Below, piece after piece: positions 31,131-41,251 of a DNA stretch of 64,000 bases; the stretch's first letter is position 1, and each line of letters starts with the position of its first letter. A model generated the notes under the pieces. It ran no database searches, was not told the DNA's origin, and saw only the letters and a list, made by a program, of their open reading frames with translations. This DNA is from an uncultured Alphaproteobacteria bacterium (GTDB lineage Bacteria > Pseudomonadota > Alphaproteobacteria > Micropepsales > Micropepsaceae), in assembly GCA_903837555.1 (NCBI GenBank), contig CAILUV010000092.1:24615-88614 (forward strand). Reading direction: 5' to 3'. Made by a program: the position numbers and the translations under genes.

Positions 31131-31207
31131 TGGCGCACCCGAAAGGATTCGAACCTCTGACCCCCAGATTCGTAGTCTGGTGCTCTATCCAGCTGAGCTA
31201 CGGGTGC
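31131..31207 (-). tRNA. tRNA-Arg(ACG)
   Basis: GCACCCG/CGGGTGC acceptor stem, AGCTCAGCTGGATAGAGC D-arm, CCAGA-CT-ACG-AA-TCTGG anticodon arm, GGTTCGAATCC T-arm, encoded CCA. Confidence 0.97.
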
Positions 31208-31480
31208 GTTTTGGAGGCGCGAACCTATTCAGGAGCCTTCACAAAGGCAAGGACAACCCTGCTCTGCCGCACACATAGGCGGCTCATCCCCCGATTTCCC
31301 CCCAAGTCCCCTTGAAAACGTAAAGATTCCGGGGGAAGCGGCATCCTGCTCCCTTGTCCCCTTGCCCCCTGCTGGTTAAGACTGGCGGCCAAGGGTCCGC
31401 CCGCGCCTCGCGCGTGGGAGGGGTTGGGTTTTGGTGCCGGTCTTTTCGTCGGGCGGGGGCGCCGGGCAGCGGAGAGCATA

Positions 31481-32617
31481 ATGAGAGGAATTCCAGCACA
31501 GCACGGGCTCAAAAAGGGCCTGGTTCTGGCTTTTGCGGTGGCTGGCGGGCTGAGCCTCGCGGCCTGTTCCGACATCGACAGCATGTTCGCCGATGAAGCG
31601 GCGTATGACGCTCCGGTCGTCGATCCGGCTGCTGCGCCGCCGCCTTCGGCTGCCGCGTTCAATACCGTTCCGGGCGCCGCCCCGGTCGCCACCATCACTC
31701 CCATCACCATCGATGGCGGCGCCGATACCGGCACCCAGGTCAACCGCACCATCCAGTCCCTGCGCGCCCAGGTTTCGGGCCTGCAGAGCAAGATTTCGTC
31801 CAATTCCGCCCGTCTGGCGGAACTGCGCAATGCCGGCGCCGGCGCGGCTGGCGCCTATCAGGAAGCCAAGGCCCGCATCACCACCCGCCTGCAGGTCGGC
31901 ACCACCCGCGGCAACCCCGAACTGGTGGCCGAATGGAACACCGCCCAGGGCCAGCTCGACGCCCTGTCGGCCAACATCAACGCGATGAACGCGCTGGGCA
32001 CCGACGCCACCAACGATTCCTCGACGGCCCATTTCGCCCAGAACCAGATCAGCGCCACCTATACCGTGTCGGGCGCAGTCGATGAAGACCATCGCCAGTT
32101 GCGCCTTCTGGAAGACCAGACCGCGCAGACCACCGTGATGCTGGACCGCCTGCTGAAGGAAATTTCCGACAACGTGCAGCGCTCCACCGCCTATGCGGCG
32201 ACCGAACGCGCCAACCTCACCGTGCTGGCCGCCTCGATCAAGAGCGGCGAGCTGTATGGCGGCGGCATGGGCGTTTCCATGGGCAGCGCTGTCAGCGGCG
32301 TGCAGATGGCCTCCGGCGGCACCCCGCTGGTGGTGATCAAGTTCGACCGCCCCGGCGTCGACTATCAGCAGATCCTCTATGCCGCGCTGAACCAGACGCT
32401 GCAGAACCGTCCCAGCGCCGGCTTCCAGGTCGTTGCGGTTTCGCCCACCCGCGGCACCGCCGCTTCGGTGCAGATCGCCCAGTCTTCCGCCCGCCGCAAT
32501 GCCCAGGACGTCATGCGCTCCATCACCGACATGGGCGTGCCCGCGGCGCGCCTGAACGTGGCCTCCACCACCGATCCGGGCGCCACCGGCAACGAAGTGC
32601 GCGTCTTCGTGCGTTAA
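31481..32617 (+). CDS. Conserved-looking hypothetical lipoprotein with coiled-coil core and OmpA-like C-terminal domain (tentative)
   Basis: Lipobox LAAC, Pro/Ala linker, heptad-rich helices, C-terminal LVVIKF...A..V...L..MGV...R....NEVRVFVR. Confidence 0.65.
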   Translation: MRGIPAQHGLKKGLVLAFAVAGGLSLAACSDIDSMFADEAAYDAPVVDPAAAPPPSAAAFNTVPGAAPVATITPITIDGGADTGTQVNRTIQSLRAQVSGLQSKISSNSARLAELRNAGAGAAGAYQEAKARITTRLQVGTTRGNPELVAEWNTAQGQLDALSANINAMNALGTDATNDSSTAHFAQNQISATYTVSGAVDEDHRQLRLLEDQTAQTTVMLDRLLKEISDNVQRSTAYAATERANLTVLAASIKSGELYGGGMGVSMGSAVSGVQMASGGTPLVVIKFDRPGVDYQQILYAALNQTLQNRPSAGFQVVAVSPTRGTAASVQIAQSSARRNAQDVMRSITDMGVPAARLNVASTTDPGATGNEVRVFVR

Positions 32618-32640
32618 ACCGCACAATGCTGATACGAAGA

Positions 32641-32668
32641 ACCCCGCCCTCAAAAGGCGGGGTTTTTT
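32641..32668 (+). terminator. Intrinsic terminator
   Basis: ACCCCGCC-CTCAAAA-GGCGGGGT followed by a T tract. Confidence 0.85.
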
Positions 32669-32703
32669 GTTGCCCCGGCGGCGGACCCTTCTACGATGGC
32701 GCG

Positions 32704-34419
32704 ATGAAAACCCCGCGCTTCCTGCTTTGTCTCATCCTCACCGTGGCGCTGCCCTCCAGCGCCACCCCGCAAACCGCGCCGGGCTTCGTTCAGCCTTTCG
32801 CCAAAACGCAGATGGTGGCCGCTGCCAATCCGCTGGCCGCCGATGCGGGGCTCGAAATGCTGCGCGCGGGCGGCAGCGCGGTCGATGCCGCCATCGCGGT
32901 GCAACTGGTGCTGGGATTGGTCGAGCCGGAATCCTCCGGAATCGGCGGCGGCGCCTTCATGCTGCTGTTCGACCCCAAGACCAAGAAAACCACCAGCTTT
33001 GACGGCCGCGAAGTCGCGCCGTCTTCCGCCCGCCCCGACATGTTCCTGGATGCCGGCGGCAAGCCGCGCACCAAGCCCGACGCCATTCCCGGCGGCCTGT
33101 CGGTGGGCATTCCCGGCGTGATCGGCATGCTGGAAATGGCGCATCAAAAGCACGGCAAGCTGCCCTGGGCGCGGCTGTTTCAACCCGCGATCAAGCTGGC
33201 CGAAGATGGCTTCCCGGTCGGACCCAAGCTGGCGCGCACCATCCGCAACTTCAAGCGCGGCGCGAATATGCCGGATATCAAAGCGCGCTTTTATCACGCC
33301 GACGGCACGCCGCTGCAGCAGGGCGAAATCTACAAGAATGCCGATTATGCCGACACGCTGCAGAAAATCGCGGCGGGCGGAGCCGCGGCTTTTTACACCG
33401 GCGAAATCGCGCAGGCGATCGTGGGCGCGGTGCGCGCCGCGCCGGTCAATCCCGGCAACATGACGCTGGACGATCTGGCCAACTTCAAGGCGCTGGAACG
33501 CGAGCCGGTGTGCGGCCCATATCGCATGTGGCGCGTCTGTTCGATGGGCCCGCCCAGTTCGGGCGGCGTCGCCATCGTGCAGATTCTGGGCATGCTGCAG
33601 CGTTTCCCGTCCAGCCAGTTGCAGCCCGGCACGCTGAGCGAAGTGCATATGCGCGCCCAGGCCAGCCGCCTTGCTTACGCTGACCGCGTCAAGTTCATCG
33701 CCGATCCGGCTTTCGTGAAAGTGCCGGTGAAAGGTCTCGTCGACAAAGACTATATCGCCAGCCGCGCCGCGCTGATCGATCCGCACCGGGACATGGGCAC
33801 GGCAACCGCGGGCAATCCGCCGGAAAAACACGCGGCCTTCGCGCCGCAGCGCTCGCCGTCCAACCATGGCACCAGTCACATGACGCTGGTCGACAAGACC
33901 GGCCAGGTCGTCGCCATGACCACGTCGGTGGAATCGGTGTTCGGCTCCAACGTGATGGCGAAGGGCTTTTTCCTGAACAACACGCTGACCGACTTTTCGC
34001 TCGACCCCATGCTGAACGGCTTGCCGGTGGCCAATGCGCCCGCAGCCGGCAAGCGCCCCTTGAGCGCCATGTCGCCCACCATCGTGTTCGATCGCGGCGG
34101 TGACTTCTTGCTGTCGGTGGGCTCACCCGGCGGCCCGGCCATCATCGGCTATGTCACCCAGACCGTGGTCGCCATGCTGGACGGGGGCAAAACCCCGGCC
34201 GAGGCCATCACCCTGCCCCGCCAGCTCAATCTCAACAGCCCCACCCGGCTGGAACGATCGGCCGTGAACGACGCCCTGGAACCCCAGCTCAAGGCCATGG
34301 GCCATGCCGTGACGGTGGTGATGGGCGAAGGCAGCGGCCTGCACGGCATCCGGAAGGTCAAAGGCGGCTATATCGGGGGGGCAGACCCCCGCCGCGACGG
34401 AGTTGTGATAGGCGACTGA
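32704..34419 (+). CDS. ggt: Gamma-glutamyltransferase
   Basis: GGSAVDAAIAVQLVLGLVEPESSGIGGG, HGTSH nucleophile Thr, KRPLSAMSP, GSPGG, GADPRRDG. Confidence 0.93.
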   Translation: MKTPRFLLCLILTVALPSSATPQTAPGFVQPFAKTQMVAAANPLAADAGLEMLRAGGSAVDAAIAVQLVLGLVEPESSGIGGGAFMLLFDPKTKKTTSFDGREVAPSSARPDMFLDAGGKPRTKPDAIPGGLSVGIPGVIGMLEMAHQKHGKLPWARLFQPAIKLAEDGFPVGPKLARTIRNFKRGANMPDIKARFYHADGTPLQQGEIYKNADYADTLQKIAAGGAAAFYTGEIAQAIVGAVRAAPVNPGNMTLDDLANFKALEREPVCGPYRMWRVCSMGPPSSGGVAIVQILGMLQRFPSSQLQPGTLSEVHMRAQASRLAYADRVKFIADPAFVKVPVKGLVDKDYIASRAALIDPHRDMGTATAGNPPEKHAAFAPQRSPSNHGTSHMTLVDKTGQVVAMTTSVESVFGSNVMAKGFFLNNTLTDFSLDPMLNGLPVANAPAAGKRPLSAMSPTIVFDRGGDFLLSVGSPGGPAIIGYVTQTVVAMLDGGKTPAEAITLPRQLNLNSPTRLERSAVNDALEPQLKAMGHAVTVVMGEGSGLHGIRKVKGGYIGGADPRRDGVVIGD

Positions 34420-34452
34420 AATAGCATTTTATAACAAAGACTTAGGTCTGCG

Positions 34453-34481
34453 TTGACAGGGCGGGGGCGCACCCCCTAAAA
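34453..34481 (+). promoter_or_regulatory. Putative sigma70 promoter of the rpmH operon
   Basis: TTGACA-N17-CTAAAA. Confidence 0.55.
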
Positions 34482-34528
34482 ACCCCGCTCTTTCCGGCCC
34501 TTTTGGGCCTCATCGGAGCCTGACGACC

Positions 34529-34663
34529 ATGAAGCGCACCTATCAGCCGAGCAAGCTCGTTCGCAAGCGCCGCCATGGTTTCCGTTCGCGCATGGCGACC
34601 CCGGGCGGCCGCAAGGTCCTGAACCGCCGTCGCTCCAGCGGCCGCAAGAAGCTCTCGGCCTGA
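34529..34663 (+). CDS. rpmH: 50S ribosomal protein L34 (below the ORF-track length cutoff)
   Basis: Hand translation [44 protein letters not shown]. Confidence 0.98.
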   Translation: MKRTYQPSKLVRKRRHGFRSRMATPGGRKVLNRRRSSGRKKLSA

Positions 34664-34713
34664 GCATAGGCGCCCAAGGGACGCCCCGGGAGCGTGATGA
34701 AGTCGCGCGACCA

Positions 34714-35088
34714 ATGAAAAAAGCCAAATTGGACACCCTTAAAAAGCGTGCTGACTTTCTAAGAGCAGCGCGGGGAATCCGCCGCGTCGAAGGCGCCGTC
34801 ACCCTGGAAACCTGCGCCACGCCGCTAACGGGCGCCCTTCCCACCGCGCGCATCGGCTTCACCGCCAGCAAGAAGATCGGAAATGCCGTGGCCCGCAACC
34901 GCGCCAAGCGGCGCCTGCGCGCTGCCGCCCACGAGCTGCTGCCCCTTTTGGGCAGGCCGGGGCATGACTATGTTCTGGTGGCGCGCGGCACCACCGTCGC
35001 CCGCCCTTTTGCGGCCCTCTTGTCCGACATCACCACGGCCATGAAATCGGCGCATCGCAAGCTGGACACACTGGCGGGAGGGGGTTGA
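34714..35088 (+). CDS. rnpA: Ribonuclease P protein component
   Basis: [30 protein letters not shown]; position after rpmH. Confidence 0.95.
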   Translation: MKKAKLDTLKKRADFLRAARGIRRVEGAVTLETCATPLTGALPTARIGFTASKKIGNAVARNRAKRRLRAAAHELLPLLGRPGHDYVLVARGTTVARPFAALLSDITTAMKSAHRKLDTLAGGG

Positions 35089-35092
35089 AGCC

Positions 35093-35335
35093 ATGCGCAA
35101 TTTCGCTGTCGCGCTGCTGTCCGCGCCGATCCATGTGTACCGCGCTATTGTGTCGCCGCTGCTGCCCAAATCCTGCCGTTTCACGCCGTCCTGCTCGGCC
35201 TATGCGCTTGAAGCGCTTGCGCTTCACGGTCCCGTCAAGGGACTGTGGCTGACTGTAAAGCGGCTGGCGCGCTGCCATCCCATTTCCTGGCTCGGCGGTT
35301 CGTCGGGCTTCGATCCCGTTCCCCACAAACATTAG
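35093..35335 (+). CDS. yidD: Membrane protein insertion efficiency factor YidD
   Basis: [18 protein letters not shown]...RLARCHP...GFDPVP. Confidence 0.95.
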   Translation: MRNFAVALLSAPIHVYRAIVSPLLPKSCRFTPSCSAYALEALALHGPVKGLWLTVKRLARCHPISWLGGSSGFDPVPHKH

Positions 35336-35354
35336 TCGCGTCCTTGGGTCCCAG

Positions 35355-37160
35355 ATGAACAATCAAAAGAACGTCCTTCTCGCCATCGCGCTGTCGGCTG
35401 CGGTGCTGTTCCTCTGGCAGTATTTCGTCGCCACACCGTCGATGGAGGCCGAACAGGCGCGCCAGGCCGAACTGGCCAAGCAGACCAAGCCCAAGCCTGC
35501 CCCCGCCGGCACCACCACCAACGCCGCGGCGCCGGGCCTGCCCGGCGTGTCGACGGGCGCGACCAACATGGCGCTGCCTGCCGCGCTGAAAGTCGGCGGC
35601 GCGCGCGTCGATATCGACACCCCGATGGTGGACGGTTCGATCCTGCTGCGCGGCGCGCGCCTGGATCACCTGCGCCTGAAGAAATATCACGACACGGTCG
35701 ATCCCAAGAGCCCGGAGATCGTGCTGCTGGCGCCCAAGAGCACCGACTATCCTTACTATGCCGAATTCGGCTGGGTCGGCGGCAACGACATGCCGGGCGA
35801 GAACAGCAACTGGAAGCTGACGGCCGGCAAGGTGCTGAGCCCCGGCAATCCCGTCACCTTGAGCTGGGACAATGGCAAGGGCCTTGTCTTCACCCGCGTC
35901 ATCTCCATCGACGACAAGTACATGTTCACGGTGGCCGACAGCGTCGCCAACAAGGGCAGCGCGGCGGTGAACCTGTATCCCTACGGCTATATCGCGCGCC
36001 AGAACCGCCCGGTGGGCGTGGACTTCTTCATCCTGCATGAAGGCTTTGTCGGCGTCGCCAACGGCACCCAGCAGGACGCGACCTATACCGACTTCGACGA
36101 ACCGGGCACGCCGCCCCAGACTTTTTCCTCGACCGGCGGCTGGGTCGGCATCACCGACAAATACTGGATGGCCGCGGTCATCCCGCCCCAGGGCGAGAAT
36201 TTCAACGGCCAGTATCTGGGCACCAAAACGCAGAGCGGCGCCGATGCCTATCAGGCCAATTACCGCCTGAACCAGCGCATGATCGCGCCGGGCGCGTCGG
36301 CCACCGTCACCCACCGCATGTTCGCGGGCGCCAAGGTGGTGGACATCCTGCAGCATTACGAAAACACCCAGAACGTTCCGAAATTCGACTATGCGGTCGA
36401 TTGGGGCTGGTTCTGGTTCCTCACCCGGCCCTTCTTCATGATGCTGGATTTCTTCAACAAGCTGCTGGGCAATTTCGGCCTCGCCATCCTGGCGCTGACC
36501 GTGGTGGTCAAGATCCTCTTCTTCCCGCTGGCCAGCGCGTCCTACCGCGCCATGGGCAAGATGAAGAAGCTCCAGCCGCAGATGGAAGAGATCAAGAAGG
36601 CCCACAAGGACGATCCGCAGAAGATGCAGACCGCCATGATGGACCTGTACCGCAAGGAAAAGGCCAATCCGATTTCGGGCTGCCTGCCGATCCTGCTGAC
36701 GATCCCGGTGTTCTTCGCGCTGTACAAGGTGCTGTTCGTCACCATCGAAATGCGCCACGCGCCTTTTTATGGCTGGATTCACGACCTGTCGGCCCAGGAC
36801 CCGACCTCGATCCTCAACCTGTTCGGCCTCCTGCCCTACAATCCCAACGCCTATATCCCGGCAGTGATCAGCTTCATCTCCATCGGCGCCTGGCCCATCA
36901 TCTATGGCGTCACCCAGTGGATGCAGACCAAGCTCAATCCGCCGCCGCCCGACCCGATCCAGGCCAAGATGTTCGCCTTCATGCCGGTGATCTTCACCTT
37001 CATGTTCGCCACCTTCCCGGTGGGCCTGGTGATCTACTACGCCTGGAACAACCTGCTGTCGGTGGCGCAGCAATGGTACATCATGAAGCGCGAAGGCGCG
37101 GATGTGAGCTTCTTCAACAAGCCTGCCGCGCCCAAGAAGCTCACGGCCGCGAATGACTGA
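35355..37160 (+). CDS. yidC: Membrane protein insertase YidC
   Basis: GITDKYW, AVDWGWFWF, GNFGLAILALT, GCLPIL..IPVFFALYKVL, GLVIYYAWNN. Confidence 0.97.
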   Translation: MNNQKNVLLAIALSAAVLFLWQYFVATPSMEAEQARQAELAKQTKPKPAPAGTTTNAAAPGLPGVSTGATNMALPAALKVGGARVDIDTPMVDGSILLRGARLDHLRLKKYHDTVDPKSPEIVLLAPKSTDYPYYAEFGWVGGNDMPGENSNWKLTAGKVLSPGNPVTLSWDNGKGLVFTRVISIDDKYMFTVADSVANKGSAAVNLYPYGYIARQNRPVGVDFFILHEGFVGVANGTQQDATYTDFDEPGTPPQTFSSTGGWVGITDKYWMAAVIPPQGENFNGQYLGTKTQSGADAYQANYRLNQRMIAPGASATVTHRMFAGAKVVDILQHYENTQNVPKFDYAVDWGWFWFLTRPFFMMLDFFNKLLGNFGLAILALTVVVKILFFPLASASYRAMGKMKKLQPQMEEIKKAHKDDPQKMQTAMMDLYRKEKANPISGCLPILLTIPVFFALYKVLFVTIEMRHAPFYGWIHDLSAQDPTSILNLFGLLPYNPNAYIPAVISFISIGAWPIIYGVTQWMQTKLNPPPPDPIQAKMFAFMPVIFTFMFATFPVGLVIYYAWNNLLSVAQQWYIMKREGADVSFFNKPAAPKKLTAAND

Positions 37161-37779
37161 GGACAGCCCAGAGGAAGCCGCGCGCAAGCTGTTCGCGGGT
37201 GCGTGCGACTTTGTCTGGGGCTCGACCACGGCGGAGAACCTGCCGCCGGAAAAGCTCAACGAAGTGGCGTTCGTCGGCCGCTCCAATGCGGGCAAGTCCA
37301 GCCTGGTGAACGCGCTGACCGGCCGCAAGGCGCTGGCGCGGGTGTCGCAGACGCCGGGCGCCACCCGCCAGATCAACTTCTTCAACCTGGCCGACCGGCT
37401 GATGCTGGTCGACCTGCCCGGTTATGGCTTCGCCAAGCGGTCCAAGACCGAATCCGAAGCCTGGCAGGAGATGATCTTTTCCTATCTGCGCCGCCGCTCC
37501 CGGCTGCGCCGCGTGCTGGTGCTGATCGATGCGCGGCGCGGGGTGATGGACAGTGACGAGATGGTGATGAAGCTGCTGGACCAGACTGCCGTGTCCTACG
37601 GCCTGGTGCTGACCAAGGGCGACGAACTCAAGTCCAGCCAGCAGGCGGACGCGCTGGAAAAGGCGGGCGCCGCCGCCGCCAAGCACACCGCCGCCTTGCA
37701 GGAGGTGCAGTTGACCTCCTCCCTGAAAGGCGAGGGCATACCGGCCCTGCGTGTCCATCTGGCGGCCTTCTCCCAATAA
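37153..37779 (+). CDS. yihA: Ribosome biogenesis GTPase YihA/EngB/YsxC
   Basis: AFVGRSNAGKSSLVN, SQTPGATR, DLPGYGFA, TKGD. Confidence 0.95.
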   Translation: MTEDSPEEAARKLFAGACDFVWGSTTAENLPPEKLNEVAFVGRSNAGKSSLVNALTGRKALARVSQTPGATRQINFFNLADRLMLVDLPGYGFAKRSKTESEAWQEMIFSYLRRRSRLRRVLVLIDARRGVMDSDEMVMKLLDQTAVSYGLVLTKGDELKSSQQADALEKAGAAAAKHTAALQEVQLTSSLKGEGIPALRVHLAAFSQ

Positions 37780-37838
37780 ACCGTAGAATCGCCGGGTTTG
37801 CCGGGCTATAACGCCCCGCTTTTTGACTGGGCAACGCC

Positions 37839-38768
37839 ATGGCTGGTTCCGCCGAAGACACGCCTGAAGACCGCAACCTGCGGACCCTCGCGCGTTGGCG
37901 CCAGACGGGCCGGGTGCTGATCGAGGCGCTGCCCTACATTCTCAAATACGACCAGAAGACCATCGTGGTGAAGTATGGCGGCAACGCCATGACTGGCACC
38001 GGCGCGCACGACTTCGCCCAGGACATCGTGCTGATGAAGCAGACCGGCATCGATCCGGTGGTGGTGCATGGCGGCGGCCCGCAGATCGGGGCGATGCTCA
38101 AGAAGCTGGACATCCATTCCACCTTCATCGACGGCCTGCGCGTCACCGACGAAGCGGCGATCGAAGTGGTCGAGATGGTGCTGACCGGTTCGATCAACAA
38201 GCAGATCGTCACCGGCATCAACGCCGCGGGTGGCCGCGCCCTGGGCCTGTCGGGCAAGGACGGCAACCTGGTGATCGCCCGCAAGGTGGCGATGACCCAG
38301 ACCGATCCCAAGACCGGCGAGAAGGTTGCCGTCGATCTGGGCTTTGTCGGCGAACCCGACACGGTCAATCCCGAAGTGCTGCACTCCATCATGAAATCGG
38401 AAACCATTCCGGTGATCGCGCCCATCGGCGCCGGCCGCAAAGGCGAGACCTACAACATCAATGCCGACACGGTGGCGGGCGCGGTCTCCTGCGCGCTCAA
38501 GGCCGAGCGCCTGATCCTCTTGACCGACGTCGAAGGCGTCCTGGATCAGGACAAGAAGCTGATCCCCAGGCTCAGCGTGCGAGAAGCGCGCGCCCTGATC
38601 GCCAACGGCACGATTTCCGGCGGCATGATCCCCAAGATCCAGACCGCGATCGATGCGGTGGAAGGCGGCGTCAATGCCGCCGTCATCCTGGACGGACGCA
38701 TTCCCCATGTGCTGCTGCTCGAACTCTTCACCGAGCATGGCGCGGGCACGCTGATCACGCTGGAATGA
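37839..38768 (+). CDS. argB: Acetylglutamate kinase
   Basis: [35 protein letters not shown]. Confidence 0.96.
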   Translation: MAGSAEDTPEDRNLRTLARWRQTGRVLIEALPYILKYDQKTIVVKYGGNAMTGTGAHDFAQDIVLMKQTGIDPVVVHGGGPQIGAMLKKLDIHSTFIDGLRVTDEAAIEVVEMVLTGSINKQIVTGINAAGGRALGLSGKDGNLVIARKVAMTQTDPKTGEKVAVDLGFVGEPDTVNPEVLHSIMKSETIPVIAPIGAGRKGETYNINADTVAGAVSCALKAERLILLTDVEGVLDQDKKLIPRLSVREARALIANGTISGGMIPKIQTAIDAVEGGVNAAVILDGRIPHVLLLELFTEHGAGTLITLE

Positions 38769-39769
38769 TGCGGGCCGCTGGGTTGGCGCTGCTGGCGCTG
38801 GCGGGCCTGCTTGCGCCTGCCGCCGTGTCGCCGGCGCAGGCGGCACTGACCCTGTGCAACCGCACCAGCTACATCCTCTATGCCGCGACCTCGGCGATCC
38901 AGTCGCCGCGCAGCGATACGCAGGGCTGGACCCGCATCGCGCCCGGCGATTGCCATCTGGCCCGCAAGGAAGCGCTGACCGCCGAAACCTATCTGGTGCA
39001 CGCCCGCACATCGATCGCCCATTCCGGGCCTGCGCGCGCCTGGGGCGGAAATTATCCGGTCTGCGTCAAGGATGCGAACTTCGCCATCCGCCAGGGCGTC
39101 ACCCAGCCCTATTGCACCGCCGAGGATACCTTCGCCTTGCCCTTCGCGCCGCTGGACAATGGCGGGCGTTCGGTCTGGACCATGCATTTCGACGAAAAGC
39201 CTGCGCTGAGCATGCCGCAATCGCAGTTGGCCGGCGTCAAACGCCTGCTGAAGGACAATGGATACAAGATCGCGCGCATCGACGGGTCTCCCGACAAGGC
39301 GACCGGCGCGGCGCTGGCGGATTTCCGCAAGCGGATGCGCTTCAAGGAAAGTGACGGCAATGTCGAGCTTTTCAACGCGCTGGAGCGCGAAGCCCGCAAG
39401 ACCATCGCGCCCGCGGGCTACACCGTCTGCAATGATGGCAAGGAGGCGCTGCTGGTAGCCCTGGCCCAGAAGGATGGCAGCAAGGCCGTGTCGCGCGGCT
39501 GGTGGACGGTGACGACGGGGGCCTGTGCCCGAACCATGACCACGCCGCTGACCGGCGACGCCGTATTCCTGGCGGCCATGCGCAAGTCCGGCACCACACT
39601 TGTCACCGGCACCGACCGATTCTGCGTGGCGCAGGCCGCGTTCGAGGTGCAGGGCGTGGGGAACTGCAAGACGCGGGGCTTAAGCGAAATCGGCTTTGCC
39701 CGCACCGACACCAAAGGGGTTTCGGGATATGTCGCGCGTATCGGTCCTTTAGGGCTGCCTAAGAAGTAA
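38765..39769 (+). CDS. Exported protein with two DUF1036-like domains around a peptidoglycan-binding-like domain
   Basis: Signal peptide; CN.T......GW..I..G.C pattern twice; LLKDNGY....IDG....ATGAALADF between them. Confidence 0.7.
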   Translation: MMRAAGLALLALAGLLAPAAVSPAQAALTLCNRTSYILYAATSAIQSPRSDTQGWTRIAPGDCHLARKEALTAETYLVHARTSIAHSGPARAWGGNYPVCVKDANFAIRQGVTQPYCTAEDTFALPFAPLDNGGRSVWTMHFDEKPALSMPQSQLAGVKRLLKDNGYKIARIDGSPDKATGAALADFRKRMRFKESDGNVELFNALEREARKTIAPAGYTVCNDGKEALLVALAQKDGSKAVSRGWWTVTTGACARTMTTPLTGDAVFLAAMRKSGTTLVTGTDRFCVAQAAFEVQGVGNCKTRGLSEIGFARTDTKGVSGYVARIGPLGLPKK

Positions 39770-39857
39770 CCCCTCTGGGTTTCAGCTTTCGTGCAGCTTC
39801 GCTGCGCACGCTGAAGCCACCTCCCCTTCTTGGCGCTACGCGCCAAAGGGGAGGGCG
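39770..39857. repeat. Intergenic double-hairpin repeat element, copy 1
   Basis: TTCAGC..GTGCAGC-TTC-GCTGCGCAC-GCTGAA hairpin, then CCAC, then CTCCCCTT-CTTGGCGC-TAC-GCGCCAA-AGGGGAG; lies between convergent genes. Confidence 0.65.
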
Positions 39858-41117
39858 CTAGACCGCGATATTGAAATAATTGAGATGCCAGCGCATCTCG
39901 TCCTTGCTGATCGGAAACCCAATTCTGCCACGCGCCGGCATGATGCCGCGCGCCGGCAGCTTCATGATGAACGTCTGGATCTTGAACGCCACGCGCATCG
40001 ACAGATGGGCATGCCAGACCAGCGCGATGATCGGCTTGGCGCTGCCCGCCGACAGCATTTTCTTGACGGTCTGGTCCGTGACATTGGCCAGCACCGACAG
40101 CGCCGCCACGACCAGCTCGCGCTGGCCCGCCTGTGCCGCCTGTTCGACAAACAGCCCGTCGAGCTGGCCTTCCTTTCGGGCGGCAGCCACGGCATCGGCC
40201 GGCGACAAGTGCTGCTCCTGATCATTCACCGCGCTTTGCGCCAGCCGGGCGCGCAGTTCGCGATTGAGATGGACGCGGGTGGCGTCGGACAGATCGTTGC
40301 GCGCTGCCAGCCGTTCCAGGATGGACGCCCCGACGAAGCCGCCGATGCGGCGGATGGCACGGGCTGACAGGTCGGCGCGCAGCGCCAGCGGCGCCTGCCA
40401 AGTGTTGATCTCCTCGGCCTGCTCGACGATCCGCTCCATCGTCTCCTTGCGGATTTTCGCATCGCGGTTGACCAGCAGCGCCGCCACGGCGGGAACGTCG
40501 AGCGACTGGACCAGCCGGTCGCTGACATCCTCGTTGAGCGGCTTGCGGCTGGCGATGGCGGCCAGGGTTTCCTGCACCTGGCCGCAGGCGATGATTTCGA
40601 CCAAGTCGGCATCGGACAGAAGCGGGGAATATTGCAGGATCGGGGTGGACACGATGGTGTCCAGGTCGCGCGCCAGCGCCATCACCACATCACGCGGCAC
40701 GCAATCCAGCGCCTTGATCTCGTCCGTCAGGATGGCGCGCACCCGCACGGCCGCATCGCGCGCCAGGGTTTCCAGCGTTTCGATGGTCAGCGCAAAAACG
40801 TGCGAGCTCTCGCGCTCCGAAAGGCCAGGCATCAGCCGGGCGATCTTCACCGCCAGTTCCGCGCGGACATCTTCGTTGTCATCGTTGGCCAGAAGGCGGT
40901 TGGTGGCGGCAGGCGTGCTGATATTGGCGGCCACCGCCGCACGGGTTGCGGGCGCGCCGTTGACGGCGAGATACTGCAGCACGTCGGCGCCGGCATCGCT
41001 GCGCGACGCCAGTTCGGTGGCGCCTTGCGGATGGCTGGTGCGGATGTCCAGAATGTCCAGCGCGTCGCGGGGATTCAGGCCCGGCCTGTTTCCTGCGGAT
41101 GGTGATTTCTGGTCCAT
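39858..41117 (-). CDS. DUF2336 domain-containing protein
   Basis: VR.ILTDEIKAL...PRDVVMALARD....VSTPILQYSPLLSDADLVEII...IASRK.L...VSD.LV pattern. Confidence 0.85.
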   Translation of the reverse strand: MDQKSPSAGNRPGLNPRDALDILDIRTSHPQGATELASRSDAGADVLQYLAVNGAPATRAAVAANISTPAATNRLLANDDNEDVRAELAVKIARLMPGLSERESSHVFALTIETLETLARDAAVRVRAILTDEIKALDCVPRDVVMALARDLDTIVSTPILQYSPLLSDADLVEIIACGQVQETLAAIASRKPLNEDVSDRLVQSLDVPAVAALLVNRDAKIRKETMERIVEQAEEINTWQAPLALRADLSARAIRRIGGFVGASILERLAARNDLSDATRVHLNRELRARLAQSAVNDQEQHLSPADAVAAARKEGQLDGLFVEQAAQAGQRELVVAALSVLANVTDQTVKKMLSAGSAKPIIALVWHAHLSMRVAFKIQTFIMKLPARGIMPARGRIGFPISKDEMRWHLNYFNIAV

Positions 41118-41251
41118 TTTCTTTTCCGTTCCGCCCGCATCCCGCCCTGCTGGCCATTGTGGCCTGCGCGCTTTAACAGCCGCTAAAGAGGCATGGTGGA
41201 CAGGCGTTAACGGTGCTTGCGCGGGGCTTTGGCCCGCGCCATGGTCCGCCC

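Noticed and set aside
34420-34528. oriC or dnaA next to rpmH
   Set aside because: The upstream gene is ggt, and no DnaA-box cluster was seen.
35235-37385. 716-aa ORF antisense to yidC, and similar long antisense ORFs (6883-8751, 31376-32653, 50151-51038, 57804-59789)
   Set aside because: Shadow ORFs of high-GC codon bias opposite well-supported genes; Arg/Gly/His-rich with no motifs.
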